Shown: positions 1 through 10,938 of the stretch, piece by piece | How positions within the stretch are numbered: position 1 is the stretch's first letter | How the letters are laid out: each line of letters starts with the position of its first letter | Assembly (NCBI RefSeq): GCF_049608145.1 | Contig: NZ_JBMYXF010000011.1 | Span: forward strand, 3,955 to 67,954 | Length of the DNA stretch: 64,000 nucleotides | Direction of reading: 5' to 3' | Source of the DNA: Halocynthiibacter sp. | Lineage (GTDB): Bacteria > Pseudomonadota > Alphaproteobacteria > Rhodobacterales > Rhodobacteraceae | Notes under the pieces: model-generated | Database searches by the model: none | What the model was told of the DNA's origin: nothing | What the model saw: the letters and a program-made list of their open reading frames with translations, nothing else | Made by a program: the position numbers and the translations under genes

Positions 1-161
1 CGGAAGGTCGGGATCAGGCGGCTTTGGATGAACATGATGCGGTTGTGACAGCCATCGAAGCGCGCGATTCCGAAGCCGCAGCACATGCTTTGAAATCCCA
101 TATTTCTAAGGCGTTTGAAACCCGTCTACGTCTGAATGCTGAAACTGAAGGCAACGGCTGA
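1..161 (+). CDS. 3' end of GntR-family regulator (FCD domain), partial
   Basis: Frame from nt 3 reads EGRDQAALDEHDAVVTAIEARDSEAAAHALKSHISKAFETRLR...*, a typical FCD motif EH..I..AI..RD...A...L..HI. Confidence 0.75.
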   Translation, partial: EGRDQAALDEHDAVVTAIEARDSEAAAHALKSHISKAFETRLRLNAETEGNG

Positions 162-2150
162 TCACCGGGTGTCGGTTGTTTCGGCAGGGATAAAATGGCC
201 GTGGCTGGTTTTGTCCCAATAGAAAGGTGAAACCACAAGTTCCCACAATCCCTTGTAAGATGCCAATGCGCCCAGGGGGAAATACAGCGGTAATGTCGGA
301 ACCCACCACCGTAGAAACCTGTGTTCTTTTGAAGAGACCGCAAAAATTGCGACCAGCATGGAAAGCAGCTCTGTCAGGATAAATAATGCGGCCATGGCGA
401 TGAAAGCGACGTCGGGCAATATGGCGTTTAACGGATGTGCGATGCCAAATGGAACCAGCCAAAGTGACCAGAGCAGTGGGGCCAGCACAAACTGGCTGAG
501 TGTGCAAAGAAACATGATCTGAAACCCCAGAAACCCGCGTGGTCCCAGTTGTTTGAGCAATAGGCGCGGATCACGCATATGCACAGCCCAGGTCGCGGCA
601 AAGCCTTTCAGCCAGCGCGAACGTTGTTTGATCCATGGAATAGCGCGGCAATTGGCTTCTTCCCGGGTCACAGTATGTATGATTTCCGCGCGATAGCCAT
701 GACGGGCCAGTCGTATGCCCAGATCGGCATCTTCGGTGACATTATGAGCATCCCATCGTCCCAGTTTTTCAAGGGCAGCCCGTCGAAAGAACAGGGTTGT
801 TCCCCCCAGAGGGATCGCAAACCCTAGGCGCATGATGCCAGGGAGAACCACACGAAACCAGGTGGCGTATTCGATGGTGAAACAACGGGAAAGCCAGTTG
901 GTTTTCGCATTGTAGTAATCCAGAACCCCTTGCAAACAAACGACTTCTGGGCCGCGTTCATGAAAGCGGCGGACGATCTTGTGGATCTGATCCGGATCAG
1001 GTTCATCTTCAGCATCATAGACGCCGATGATAGATCCGGTGCAGAAATCCATTGCGAAATTCAATGCGCGGGGTTTTGTACGCAACTGGCCTGCTGGTAC
1101 AATGACGGGGCGGATCCAGGCGGGCAGGGAGGCATTGTCTATGGCGTCGCGCGTGATGATGTCGTCTTCTTCCGCCACAAGGCAGATTTCCAGCAGTTCC
1201 CGTGGATAGTGCAGGCGGGCCAAGCGTTTCACGAGGGACCCGGTGATTTCGCTTTCCCGAAACAAGGGCACCAGTATGGAAACACGTGGCAGACGTGCGG
1301 GCAGGGTTGTTCTTGGCTCGAGGAGATCGCGTTGGGCCTTGGCCCGATTGTGTTTGTATTGTGCCAGACTTGCGGCCAGTTTTAAGCTGGTAAAAGCGCC
1401 AAGTGTGAGGATCGCCCAAAGAAACAACAGGCCGGTAACAAGTGCCGGGAACAGGGCCCCAATGGTCAGAAAACTGATGATTGTCAGGGCCGTTTTGCGC
1501 CCAAATATTCTGTTTTCCCAGGTGCGGCAGCTTTCCTTTGCTGTGACACATGTTTCTGCTTTTTCAACCAGTTCCGGCTGATGCAGGGATTGAATTGCGT
1601 CCAGAATGTCCCTGCGCCAGGCAAGCGCCATCGACAGGGGGCCAATGCCCCTGGGCAAAGCTTGTGTAACCTTGTGGAACTGATCCGGATTGCTGGTCAG
1701 AAGGATGATGTCTTTTCCAACCCTGCGCCAAGGCAGCACACCATGTTTCAGACAGAAATCTGCGCCAAATTGACGGATCAGGCGGGGATCAGGGGGCAGA
1801 TCGAGCGGATTGATATACTGACTGTTCCAGCGGGCCTCTTCGGCCCGTTGTAAATCATGTTGCCGGATCCAGCGTCGTGATAAAAGAATATCACCCAGAG
1901 AGCAGTCTTGCCTTGCTTGCATGGCTGTGGCGTCTAGCAGCCGTCTGGGATCCACAGAATTCTGATCCCGCAACACCTGTTCAAGTGGGGGCACGGTGTT
2001 TGGCTGTGCTTGCGGGATAAGCTGTGGTTGGGGATCGGTTTGTTGTGGATTGCGCAGTGATATCACACGTCCGGTTTCGGGGCGTGCCTGGGGGCGGGAC
2101 AGATCCGCATCATTGGATTGGCGTAAAAACGGAACAACAGGAGAGTTCAT
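162..2150 (-). CDS. GT2 glycosyltransferase with N-terminal MshEN/GspE-N-like domain
   Basis: GT2 motifs VSILVPLFRE, YDAED, TEDADLG, QRSRW; C-terminal TM helices; N-terminal SLGDILLSRRWI. Confidence 0.85.
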   Translation of the reverse strand: MNSPVVPFLRQSNDADLSRPQARPETGRVISLRNPQQTDPQPQLIPQAQPNTVPPLEQVLRDQNSVDPRRLLDATAMQARQDCSLGDILLSRRWIRQHDLQRAEEARWNSQYINPLDLPPDPRLIRQFGADFCLKHGVLPWRRVGKDIILLTSNPDQFHKVTQALPRGIGPLSMALAWRRDILDAIQSLHQPELVEKAETCVTAKESCRTWENRIFGRKTALTIISFLTIGALFPALVTGLLFLWAILTLGAFTSLKLAASLAQYKHNRAKAQRDLLEPRTTLPARLPRVSILVPLFRESEITGSLVKRLARLHYPRELLEICLVAEEDDIITRDAIDNASLPAWIRPVIVPAGQLRTKPRALNFAMDFCTGSIIGVYDAEDEPDPDQIHKIVRRFHERGPEVVCLQGVLDYYNAKTNWLSRCFTIEYATWFRVVLPGIMRLGFAIPLGGTTLFFRRAALEKLGRWDAHNVTEDADLGIRLARHGYRAEIIHTVTREEANCRAIPWIKQRSRWLKGFAATWAVHMRDPRLLLKQLGPRGFLGFQIMFLCTLSQFVLAPLLWSLWLVPFGIAHPLNAILPDVAFIAMAALFILTELLSMLVAIFAVSSKEHRFLRWWVPTLPLYFPLGALASYKGLWELVVSPFYWDKTSHGHFIPAETTDTR

Positions 2151-2306
2151 ATGGGCCACCTTCCGGGTAGTCCACACATGAGTGAAACAGGTTAACAGTG
2201 TGTTAACGCATGCAATTTTTATACAATTAGAGCTATATACACATAGTTACCCACAGGCCGAATGCGGTTTTGTGGATAACTATACGATTTCAGATGTGTT
2301 TTTCGT

Positions 2307-3476
2307 TCAGGCGCGGGCGGCCATTGCAGCTGCGAAACGATCAAACAAATGCATGGAGTCCATCGGTCCAGGGCTTGCTTCTGGGTGGTATTGAACCGAA
2401 TAAACCGGACGGTCTGCCATGCGGATCCCACAGTTTGACGCATCAAACAGGGAGACATGGGTTTCCACCACGCCTTCGGGCAGGCTTTGGCTGTCGACGG
2501 CAAAACCGTGGTTCATGGATGTGATTTCGACCTTGCCTGTGTCCAGATCCTTCACAGGGTGGTTCGCACCGTGGTGACCGTGGTTCATTTTGATGGTCTT
2601 GCCACCAAGCGCGAGGGCCAGCATCTGGTGACCAAGGCAAATCCCAAAGATCGGCAGTTCTGTTGTGTCAAGGATCTCGCGGATCATTGGCACGGCGTAT
2701 TCGCCTGTTGCGGCGGGGTCACCCGGGCCGTTTGACAGGAAAACACCATCAGGATTATGTGCCAGAACGTCTGCTGCCGTCGCGGTTGCGGGCAGAACGG
2801 TGACGTCACAACCGGCAGAGGCCAAGCAACGCAGAATGTTGCGTTTTGCGCCATAATCGAGGGCAACAACTTTATGTTTCGGGGCTTCCTGACGGGTGAA
2901 GCCTTCAGGCCATGCCCAGCGTTTCTCATCCCAGCTATAGCTTTGGGCGCAGGTCACTTCTTTCGCAAGGTCCAGACCTTCGAGGCCGGAAAAGGCTTTG
3001 GCCTTTGCAACCAGTGCTGCGGTGTCGAAATTGCCATCTGGATCATGGGCAAGGGCTGCGTGCGGTGCGCCTTGCTGACGGATCGCACGGGTCAGGCGAC
3101 GTGTATCAAGCCCCCCGATGCCGATGCGGCCACGTGTTTTCAGCCATTCTGTCAGCTCAGCTTCGGCGCGCCAGTTCGAAGATTGGGTCGGATCCCATTT
3201 CACAACCATACCGGCTGCGACGGGATCGGCCGTTTCATCATCTTCCGCGGTCACACCGGTGTTGCCGATGTGGGGGAAGGTGAAGGTCACGATCTGGCCC
3301 GCATAAGAGGGGTCTGTCATGATTTCTTGGTAACCGGTCATGGCGGTGTTGAAGCACAGCTCTGCAACGCAGTCCCCGGTTGCGCCAAATCCGTGGCCAT
3401 AGAAGATTGTACCATCTGCCAATGCAAGGCATGCGGTTGCTTTAACGGGTGCGGTAACGGGGGTTCCGGCGGACAT
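2307..3476 (-). CDS. carA: Carbamoyl-phosphate synthase small subunit
   Basis: FNTAMTGYQE, LSNGPGDP, GICLGHQ, VQYHPEASPGP. Confidence 0.98.
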   Translation of the reverse strand: MSAGTPVTAPVKATACLALADGTIFYGHGFGATGDCVAELCFNTAMTGYQEIMTDPSYAGQIVTFTFPHIGNTGVTAEDDETADPVAAGMVVKWDPTQSSNWRAEAELTEWLKTRGRIGIGGLDTRRLTRAIRQQGAPHAALAHDPDGNFDTAALVAKAKAFSGLEGLDLAKEVTCAQSYSWDEKRWAWPEGFTRQEAPKHKVVALDYGAKRNILRCLASAGCDVTVLPATATAADVLAHNPDGVFLSNGPGDPAATGEYAVPMIREILDTTELPIFGICLGHQMLALALGGKTIKMNHGHHGANHPVKDLDTGKVEITSMNHGFAVDSQSLPEGVVETHVSLFDASNCGIRMADRPVYSVQYHPEASPGPMDSMHLFDRFAAAMAARA

Positions 3477-3702
3477 GGGCGACTCTCCAGCTCAAACTCG
3501 CCGGAACCTAGGGGGAGGGAGGTGTCTGGTCAAGGCCTGCAACGGCCTATCGGGCGGATTTCTGTTGGTTTTTCGTTGCGGTGTGTATGTGGTTTCGTGA
3601 AATATGCAACATGGTTGTAACCTTGTGTGACTTTCGCTAGGGTCCGGGTTCGCAAATCTGCACGCAAGGCGCGTGCCCCTTTGGGATGAGGATACTGAAC
3701 AG

Positions 3703-4155
3703 ATGCGCAACCAGATTAATACCGCTTTGAAAGAGGCGATGAAAGCCAAGGACGCAGCACGCCTGTCGACCCTACGCCTGATCAATGCCGCGATCAAAGA
3801 TCGTGAGATTTCACAACGCGGCAAGGGGGAAGATGAAAACGTAACCGACGCGGATATTCTTGCTATTCTTGGCAAAATGGTCAAGCAACGCCAGGAAAGC
3901 GCGCGGGCCTATGAAGAAGGCGGGCGTCTTGAATTGGCTGAGAAAGAACTGTCAGAGATTACCGTGATCGAGGTTTTCCTGCCCAAGCAGCTTGATGCAG
4001 ATGAGGCCAGCGCAGCTGTAGAGGCTGCGATTGCCGAAGTCGGCGCAGAATCAATCCGTGATATGGGCAAAGTCATGGGGATCCTGAAAGGCAAATACAC
4101 CGGCCAAATGGATTTCGGCGCCGTTGGCCCGATGGTGAAAGACAAGCTGGGTTAA
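3703..4155 (+). CDS. GatB/YqeY domain protein
   Basis: LKEAMKAKD..RLSTLRLI, KQRQES...Y..GGR.ELAEKE, DMGKVMG. Confidence 0.92.
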   Translation: MRNQINTALKEAMKAKDAARLSTLRLINAAIKDREISQRGKGEDENVTDADILAILGKMVKQRQESARAYEEGGRLELAEKELSEITVIEVFLPKQLDADEASAAVEAAIAEVGAESIRDMGKVMGILKGKYTGQMDFGAVGPMVKDKLG

Positions 4156-4179
4156 ATAAGCCGGCATTAACCGATTTTG

Positions 4180-4210
4180 AAACCCGTCAGTTTTCTGGCG
4201 GGTTTTTCTT
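4180..4210 (+). terminator. Rho-independent terminator
   Basis: AAACCCGTCAG-tttt-CTGGCGGGTTT followed by T-rich tail. Confidence 0.7.
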
Positions 4211-4353
4211 TGGAAGATTGTGCATGAATATACATTGGCATTAGGTGTTGTAGCCGAATTTGATGATACAATAATTTTGGTTGAATTACGGCTGGAGAGA
4301 CCGGGTATCAAACTACTGCAGCTGTGCCTTATTACGGCGAAAGGTAGAGAAGA

Positions 4354-4635
4354 ATGACTAAAATTAGGCCACAAATATGGGGCTATGTTTTACTTGTCGG
4401 CAGTGCGGTGATGGGGATGAGCACGCCAGTTTATTCTAACAGTACAAAAGTTGACGTTTGTCAAAAGGTTGGTGAGGTTTTCGTTCAGCACCTAGGCGCG
4501 AATGAAAATATAGCACTTGCTCTTACTACAATGCGGATAGTCGGTTCGGTGGATGAAGCCGAGCGAGCTGCTGAGGTCTTTGAAATGGTGTCGGAGAATA
4601 CATCGTTATTAGTTAGCAACCTTGAGAAATATTGA
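4354..4635 (+). CDS. Small hypothetical secreted protein
   Basis: 93-aa ORF with signal-peptide-like N-terminus and purine-rich RBS. Confidence 0.4.
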   Translation: MTKIRPQIWGYVLLVGSAVMGMSTPVYSNSTKVDVCQKVGEVFVQHLGANENIALALTTMRIVGSVDEAERAAEVFEMVSENTSLLVSNLEKY

Positions 4636-4676
4636 GTCTTTGCAAGGATAATTAAAGCAGTTCTTATATCGTGATG

Positions 4677-5228
4677 TTACCGTGAAGTAGGGTTGGAGCC
4701 ATCTAATATTAGGCGTAATTCTGCAGCCAACTCCACCCGTTCTTCTTCTGTCAGAAATGCTGCCAGTTCGACCTCACGTGTGTTTTCGCCGCGCAGGGTA
4801 AGGTATTGCGGGACGGGGCCGGATGTTTTGTGCAGGGTGACGGTGATCCAGTAGGGATTGGCCTGCCATGTTTGCACGCGGCCTTTGGGATCACGCCGGG
4901 TGAGGGTGGCCAATTGGGGTGTGATCTCTAGCACTTCGGTTAATGTGCCGTCACGATAGCTGCGGGCAATGAACCACCAGATCAGGGCGATTGTGCCCAG
5001 TAAGAAGGGCAACATCACCCAAAGCGGGCCTTTGCCCAAAAGCGCAATCAGCGGCAGGAACAGCAGCGCGCAAGTCGCCCCCATAAAGCGCACAAAATCT
5101 TTCTTTTTCAGCGAACGATAGGGCCAGGCGGTTAGGGTGATCGGTTTGCCCGCATCTATATGCGCATGAAAAGGGGCCCCGGAATTAACCGGAGCCCCTG
5201 TATTCGTATCAGACCATTCATATGGCAT
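4677..5228 (-). CDS. DUF2244-family membrane protein
   Basis: WPYRSL, two TM segments, WQANPYW, ELAAFLTEEER; follows ctaD. Confidence 0.8.
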   Translation of the reverse strand: MPYEWSDTNTGAPVNSGAPFHAHIDAGKPITLTAWPYRSLKKKDFVRFMGATCALLFLPLIALLGKGPLWVMLPFLLGTIALIWWFIARSYRDGTLTEVLEITPQLATLTRRDPKGRVQTWQANPYWITVTLHKTSGPVPQYLTLRGENTREVELAAFLTEEERVELAAELRLILDGSNPTSR

Positions 5229-5260
5229 CTGTGGATATTTCCCTCAGATCAGTGTCCCAA

Positions 5261-6931
5261 TTAGTGAGAGTGACTGCGATCCCATTCTTCCTGCTTTGGC
5301 AGGATTTCGAATGTGTGCTCGGGCGGCGGGGATGGCAATGTCCATTCCAGCGTATCCGCATATTCGTTCCAATAGTTCGCTTTGGTTTCTTTCTTACCCC
5401 AGAGCAGTGAATAGAACATCACGCCGATGAAGAAGAGGAAGGATGCGAAGGACAGATATGCACCATAAGATGAGATTTCGTTCCAGTAAGCGAAAGCTTC
5501 TGGGTAGTCGATGTAACGACGTGGCATGCCCTGTCGACCCAAGAAGTGCTGTGGGAAGAAGGTCAGGTTGGCACCGACAAACATCATCCAGAAATGCAGT
5601 TTACCTGCCCATTCAGGATACTGACGGCCGGACATTTTACCGAAGTAAAAGTAGATGCCTGCGAAGATACAGAAGATCGCACCCAGCGACATAACATAGT
5701 GGAAGTGTGCAACCACATAGTAAGTGTCGTGATAGATACGGTCGATGCCTGCTTGGGACAGAACCACACCGGTTACACCACCAACGGTGAACAGGAAGAG
5801 GAAACCGAACGCCCAAAGCATAGGTGTTTTGAACTCAATCGAGCCGCCCCACATGGTCGCGATCCAAGAGAAGATCTTAACGCCAGTCGGCACCGCGATC
5901 ACCATGGTGGCCATCATAAAGTAGGACTGCTGCGACAGGGACATACCAACCGTATACATGTGGTGTGCCCAAACAACGAAGCCCAGAACGCCGATTGCGA
6001 TCAACGCCCAAACCATTGGCAGATACCCGAACACAGGCTTGCGCGCGAAAGTCGCAATCACGTGGCTGATGATACCAAAGCCAGGCAGAATGATGATGTA
6101 CACTTCTGGGTGACCAAAGAACCACAGGATGTGCTGGTACAAGATCGGATCACCACCGCCGCCAGGCTGGAAGAAGGATGTGCCGAAGTTGCGGTCCATC
6201 AAAAGCATGGTGATCGCGCCGGCCAGAACAGGCAGGGACAGAAGGATCAACCAAGCTGTGACAAAGATTGACCATGCAAACAGTGGAACCTTGAACATTG
6301 TCATGCCAGGGGCGCGCATGTTCAGGAAGGTTGTGATCATGTTGATCGCACCAAGGATAGATGACGCACCAGAGACGTGAACCGCGAAAATCGCGAGGTC
6401 CATGGAATAGCCGCCTTCAGATGTGGACAGTGGTGGGTACAGAACCCAACCCACACCAGACCCCAATTGGCTGTTGCCACCAGGGGACAGCAGGGATGCC
6501 ACACCAAGGGAAACACCGGCAATATACAGCCAGAAAGACAGGTTGTTCATCCGTGGGAACGCCATGTCAGGCGCGCCGATTTGCAATGGCATAAAGTAGT
6601 TACCAAAGCCGCCAAACAGCGCCGGAATAACCACGAAGAACATCATCAACACACCATGATAGGTGATCATAACGTTCCAAAGGTGACCGTTTGGTGTACA
6701 GACTTCGCCGGACGCGAAGAAACGTGCGCCTTCAAGACACATGTACTGAACACCTGGTTCCTGAAGTTCCATCCGCATGTAAACGGTGAAAATAACGGAA
6801 ATCAGACCGACCAACGCCGCAGCGATCAGGTACAGGATGCCGATGTCCTTGTGGTTTGTTGACATGAACCAACGGGTGATGAAATCACGCTCGTCATGGT
6901 GCTCGTCGCCGTGAATGGCTGCGTCTGCCAT
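5261..6931 (-). CDS. ctaD: aa3-type cytochrome c oxidase subunit I
   Basis: [34 protein letters not shown]; start MADAAIHG. Confidence 0.98.
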   Translation of the reverse strand: MADAAIHGDEHHDERDFITRWFMSTNHKDIGILYLIAAALVGLISVIFTVYMRMELQEPGVQYMCLEGARFFASGEVCTPNGHLWNVMITYHGVLMMFFVVIPALFGGFGNYFMPLQIGAPDMAFPRMNNLSFWLYIAGVSLGVASLLSPGGNSQLGSGVGWVLYPPLSTSEGGYSMDLAIFAVHVSGASSILGAINMITTFLNMRAPGMTMFKVPLFAWSIFVTAWLILLSLPVLAGAITMLLMDRNFGTSFFQPGGGGDPILYQHILWFFGHPEVYIIILPGFGIISHVIATFARKPVFGYLPMVWALIAIGVLGFVVWAHHMYTVGMSLSQQSYFMMATMVIAVPTGVKIFSWIATMWGGSIEFKTPMLWAFGFLFLFTVGGVTGVVLSQAGIDRIYHDTYYVVAHFHYVMSLGAIFCIFAGIYFYFGKMSGRQYPEWAGKLHFWMMFVGANLTFFPQHFLGRQGMPRRYIDYPEAFAYWNEISSYGAYLSFASFLFFIGVMFYSLLWGKKETKANYWNEYADTLEWTLPSPPPEHTFEILPKQEEWDRSHSH

Positions 6932-7199
6932 GCGGAGTCTCCCCAAAAATCTTCGTTGCAGCACGGACACCCGGCCCAAAAGCGGACAAAGTTCACCCGT
7001 GCATTTGAAACTGTCTTAGAGATAATCGTGCAGGGTCGCAACGATGCAGAGCGTCGCAATTGCGAATTTCATTGAAAAATATGCATGGCGGTGCCGGATT
7101 TCAACGCTTGGGCCGGGAAAGCCTGCCTGGGCAGGGGGTGTTGCGGGGCCTAGGCTTGTCTGGCAAAGGGCTGTCCGGATCAGTGATTCCGTCACCGCA

Positions 7200-7370
7200 T
7201 GTTTCGGGGGCGGGGGGCATTGGGAAGGAACCTGGAATGAAAACGCCCGGTTTACCCGTTCAAGGTTCCCTTAATGGTGGCCTTTCAATGGCTCTGGCAT
7301 TCTGATGCCTATCAGGCAGTAAAACACCCGCGCACAGATGTGATCCCGCCCAGCCTGTTTCAGGGCGATG
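7200..7370 (+). pseudogene. Possible DUF1330-like gene remnant
   Basis: Two frames joined read WEGTWNENARFTRSRFP / MVAFQWLWHSDAYQAVKHPRTD, resembling the DUF1330 C-terminus; broken at 7272-7276. Confidence 0.35.
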
Positions 7371-7421
7371 CACCGGGCTATATGTCCCGCCACCTTTTCG
7401 CGACTTGCGGGCCGCGTGATG

Positions 7422-9434
7422 TTACCGGATGCAAACCCATTGGCAGATATACCAATAGGGTGTCTGCCGGGCGGCGTCTGTTTCGGGAAAGCGTTTGTGC
7501 AACAGGCGAAAGGCAACCTGACCCAGAGGTCGCCCTTCCATATTCCCGGTTTTCATGCGTCTGGCTTGCCAAATGACATTGCGCAAATCTGCTGCAAGGG
7601 CTTCATCATTGGCCCATAAGCGATTGACGATGTTTGATGTTTTTCTTTGGGCGTTCAGGATGATTTCGTGTCCGATGCGGTTTGACAGGCCTGTTTCAGG
7701 GCCAAGACGGGAAATTTCATCCCAGGCGGCAAAACCTGAAATTCCCGCAGGGTTGTCTTCGATATCGGCCTGGTGATGCGGCAATAAACCTGTCGCAGGA
7801 CGTATGATTGCATATCCACGCTGTTGCTGACGGCGTTGCGGAGAATGTCGTAAAACCGGTGACTGTGTCAGCCAGCGATCCAAGTCGTTGCGCAATTCTT
7901 CCCCAATGCGCAGGGGCAGTGGCAGATCGGGTGTCGTGCGACGGTGAGCCCATGTTTCTGGGGACTGATTTCTTCCATACCAACCCTCCCATTGATGCCA
8001 AATACCCAGTCTCAAACTAGGATGGGGTAACAGTTGTGCGACTTGGGTAAGCTGCCATTCAAGGGGGGCACTGGACTGCAGGGGGGCAGTAAGTTGGAAT
8101 CTTTCGTCTTCTGACCAGAGCTCTGCCAGCCTTGGAATAAGATCTAGGGCTTCTTCATCACGTTTCAACGCATAAAGCCGCAGAAAGGCAACTTGGAGGA
8201 TGTTGCGTTGTTCACCTGGAAAATCTGTCCGGCTGGCACTGAAACGAACCAGATCATCAACAGATAGGACGTTCAGCAGGCGCCAAGTGGTTGAATGCAG
8301 CGGCACGCCGGCGTGTATATCGATCAGTTCCTGAATGTCGTTGGCCCGGTAGCTGCGCCCCGCATTCAGCCAGCTAGCAAATGAGGTTTCTGACCTTTCG
8401 TGGGGAAATCCCTGATTGGTGGCGAGGCTTTGCAAAGCCTGCAGGTTGCTTTCCGCGTTGTCCCCCCTGCGCGGGTTAGAAATAAGGTATTGCGCCTGGT
8501 GAACTGCCGCGATGTCGCGCATGTGATCTGGAAGAAGATCCATGTTTTTAGGCGTTTCCCCTGAATATGTTGACAATCGCAACTGCTCTAGTCTGGCGAT
8601 GGCCCAGGCCGTGTATTCATCCTCGCTGGCATTGCAGCTTTCAACGGCTTTCCCAAGGGTGTCTTGATGTTCTCTTAAGGCCGTAATCTGATGGGCGACG
8701 TCTTCGGAAACATGATCGCGCAGATAGTTGTAACCGGCCCGATTGACCCATGCCGCAACAAACCAGGTCAGTTGACCGTTGTCAGAAAACATCTGCAACG
8801 CGTGTCGCCAGACCCGGTGATTGGATGCCATAGAAGATGGCCCATGCCGTGACCGTATGTGCCAATCATTGTCAGAATGCACCGATGCATTCTGCACCGT
8901 CAGCAACCAGTTTAAAGCATCATCAAAGGCATAGCGCGCAATCACCCTTTCGACGGCCGACAAGCCTAGGGCATCCGGCGTCAGCCACCAGCCGGGCCAT
9001 GGTCCAGACGGCGACAGATTGTTCAGAATGATTTCGGGGTCCGTTTTCGTCGTTTCCGTGTCGCGCTGGAAATCCGGATCTGAAATTCGGGGCAGGTTGC
9101 GCATTAGGGCAAGGGAGGCCCCTTTTGCAGCGGACTGGCCGTATCTTGATAGATAGGCCGGATCTGTAAAGCTACGCTGATTTTGCCAGCCATGTGGTGC
9201 TGTCATGCCTGCGTCTGGCAATCCGGATAGAAGACGATAAATTTCAAGGCTGCCGCCGACGCTGCCATTGTAATACCCACCAGAGTATAATGTGCCATAG
9301 CGGCTGTAGGTTTGATCCAGCAGATGCTGTGCACGCTGGTATTGACCGTCACAGTGATCGGCAAAAGCTGCCGTGGCCAGGAAAGAAGATGTGGCTGTAA
9401 GAACCGCAATGTTTATAAAGAATTTTCGGATCAT
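7422..9434 (-). CDS. Large secreted hypothetical protein
   Basis: Signal peptide (..ATAAFA/DHC); long ORF; C-terminal LHKRFPETDAARQTPYWY. Confidence 0.7.
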   Translation of the reverse strand: MIRKFFINIAVLTATSSFLATAAFADHCDGQYQRAQHLLDQTYSRYGTLYSGGYYNGSVGGSLEIYRLLSGLPDAGMTAPHGWQNQRSFTDPAYLSRYGQSAAKGASLALMRNLPRISDPDFQRDTETTKTDPEIILNNLSPSGPWPGWWLTPDALGLSAVERVIARYAFDDALNWLLTVQNASVHSDNDWHIRSRHGPSSMASNHRVWRHALQMFSDNGQLTWFVAAWVNRAGYNYLRDHVSEDVAHQITALREHQDTLGKAVESCNASEDEYTAWAIARLEQLRLSTYSGETPKNMDLLPDHMRDIAAVHQAQYLISNPRRGDNAESNLQALQSLATNQGFPHERSETSFASWLNAGRSYRANDIQELIDIHAGVPLHSTTWRLLNVLSVDDLVRFSASRTDFPGEQRNILQVAFLRLYALKRDEEALDLIPRLAELWSEDERFQLTAPLQSSAPLEWQLTQVAQLLPHPSLRLGIWHQWEGWYGRNQSPETWAHRRTTPDLPLPLRIGEELRNDLDRWLTQSPVLRHSPQRRQQQRGYAIIRPATGLLPHHQADIEDNPAGISGFAAWDEISRLGPETGLSNRIGHEIILNAQRKTSNIVNRLWANDEALAADLRNVIWQARRMKTGNMEGRPLGQVAFRLLHKRFPETDAARQTPYWYICQWVCIR

Positions 9435-9480
9435 AGCTGTGCCATAAGAGCGCGGAATATTTTCGCAGTATGACATAGAA

Positions 9481-9502
9481 AACCCGGCCGTAAAGGCCGG
9501 GT
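9481..9502 (-). terminator. Terminator after cytochrome c2
   Basis: ACCCGGCC-gtaaa-GGCCGGGT hairpin with A-run on its left (U-tail on minus strand). Confidence 0.65.
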
Positions 9503-9528
9503 CCTGGATGTTGTTTCAGAAGGTCGCT

Positions 9529-10002
9529 TTATTCGCTTGGGGCGGCTTCTTCGGTTGCTTCGGCTTCTGTCTCAGCGTTTTCTGCTGGGGCAGGGCTGTG
9601 GCTGGCAAGGAAGGCGGCCAGATCTGCGCCGGCATCACCGAAACGTTGTGGGGCCATTGGGGACCGCAGGCTGTCGTCGCCATTCAGTTCACGCAGGAAG
9701 TTTGTCGGGTGTTCCGCATAGGTCAGGATGTTTTCCTGATCCCAGACCAAACCGGCTTCTGCAGCAGTTTTGATACCATCCGAATAACGGAAGCCTTCAA
9801 CAGAGGCCGCAGGTTGACCGATTACGCCATACAAGTTTGGCCCGGTACGCCCGCCACGGACGATGACATTATCGCCATCCGCAATGGCATGGCAGGATTT
9901 GCAGCGGTTAAAGGCGCGTTCACCTTTTGCAGCATCACCTTCAGCAAAAGCCGTCAGCGGGGCGAGGGCAAGAGCTGCCGTCAGAAAAATAGTGCGGTTC
10001 AT
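9529..10002 (-). CDS. Cytochrome c2 / c550 family
   Basis: Signal peptide, EGDAAKGE, CKSCH, TGPNLYGV. Confidence 0.93.
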   Translation of the reverse strand: MNRTIFLTAALALAPLTAFAEGDAAKGERAFNRCKSCHAIADGDNVIVRGGRTGPNLYGVIGQPAASVEGFRYSDGIKTAAEAGLVWDQENILTYAEHPTNFLRELNGDDSLRSPMAPQRFGDAGADLAAFLASHSPAPAENAETEAEATEEAAPSE

Positions 10003-10213
10003 GATTGCCTCTTCAGTAGTACATTACACGCGTTCCCGTTACTATATGGCAGCTCTTGTCGAAGTGTTACCGTGCTATTGTCGCAGGGCTACAGCTGGCG
10101 AATTATGGCCGTGGTGTTGCTCTTGCATGACACTTATGTAGTATTATTATACTCAGTTCGAGGTCGCGGGTATTCGAAGTAACAGGTTTTTATACGGTAC
10201 AGGAGAGAATTAG

Positions 10214-10921
10214 ATGAAATTGATAAAAGCTGCACTTGTCGTTGGCTGTGCATGCGTTGGAGGGACCACATCCCTAATGGCGCAGGAATTCACGGGCGCA
10301 GAAGTGTTTATTGGTGGATTGATCGAAGATGGAACCGGATTCAGCGAGGTGACCGATATTTATGGCGCTTCTGTTGAGCTCAGTTTCGGGCGCTTCGGAA
10401 TCCAAGGGGATGTGAGCAATCGAAATTTTGAGATCGGTGATAATATCCCATCTTGGGGCTTGCATGGGATTTATGCGGCTACAGATGAGTTGAAGCTGGG
10501 TTTGCACTATGGGGAAGAGACCTGGAGTGGTCAGCGTTATTCTAACATAGGTGCTGAGCTGGCGTGGGATCGCGGACCATGGGGGCTTGAAGCTTGGGTT
10601 ACACGAGATTCCGGGATTGATGTGGATTGGCTTTCTGTGGTGAGCGCGGCCAAGGCGACATATAGCTTCAATGAGGCCTTCTCGCTGCATGGGAAAATCG
10701 CGTTTTCAGGTGGTGATAATAATACCCGATATTATGGTGTCGGAGGAAGTTGGCAGCATGATTCAGGCCTATTTGTTCGGCTGGATGCTGGGCACTTTGA
10801 CTACTCAAGACGAAATAAAAGTGTAGATGTTTACGCGCTGCGGGTGGGCTATGAATTTGGTAACGGTGTCAGTTTCAATCACCGTAATTCCAATGAAAGC
10901 TTGTCTGGATACGGCAATTGA
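10214..10921 (+). CDS. Putative outer-membrane beta-barrel (porin-like) protein
   Basis: Signal peptide; alternating aromatic/Gly beta-strand pattern (LRVGYEF). Confidence 0.6.
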   Translation: MKLIKAALVVGCACVGGTTSLMAQEFTGAEVFIGGLIEDGTGFSEVTDIYGASVELSFGRFGIQGDVSNRNFEIGDNIPSWGLHGIYAATDELKLGLHYGEETWSGQRYSNIGAELAWDRGPWGLEAWVTRDSGIDVDWLSVVSAAKATYSFNEAFSLHGKIAFSGGDNNTRYYGVGGSWQHDSGLFVRLDAGHFDYSRRNKSVDVYALRVGYEFGNGVSFNHRNSNESLSGYGN

Positions 10922-10938
10922 TCCAAAGGGCAGGCGGC

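Noticed and set aside
2757-6862. Long + strand ORFs (2757-3620, 5546-6271, 6377-6862)
   Set aside because: Antisense shadows of carA and ctaD with no recognisable motifs
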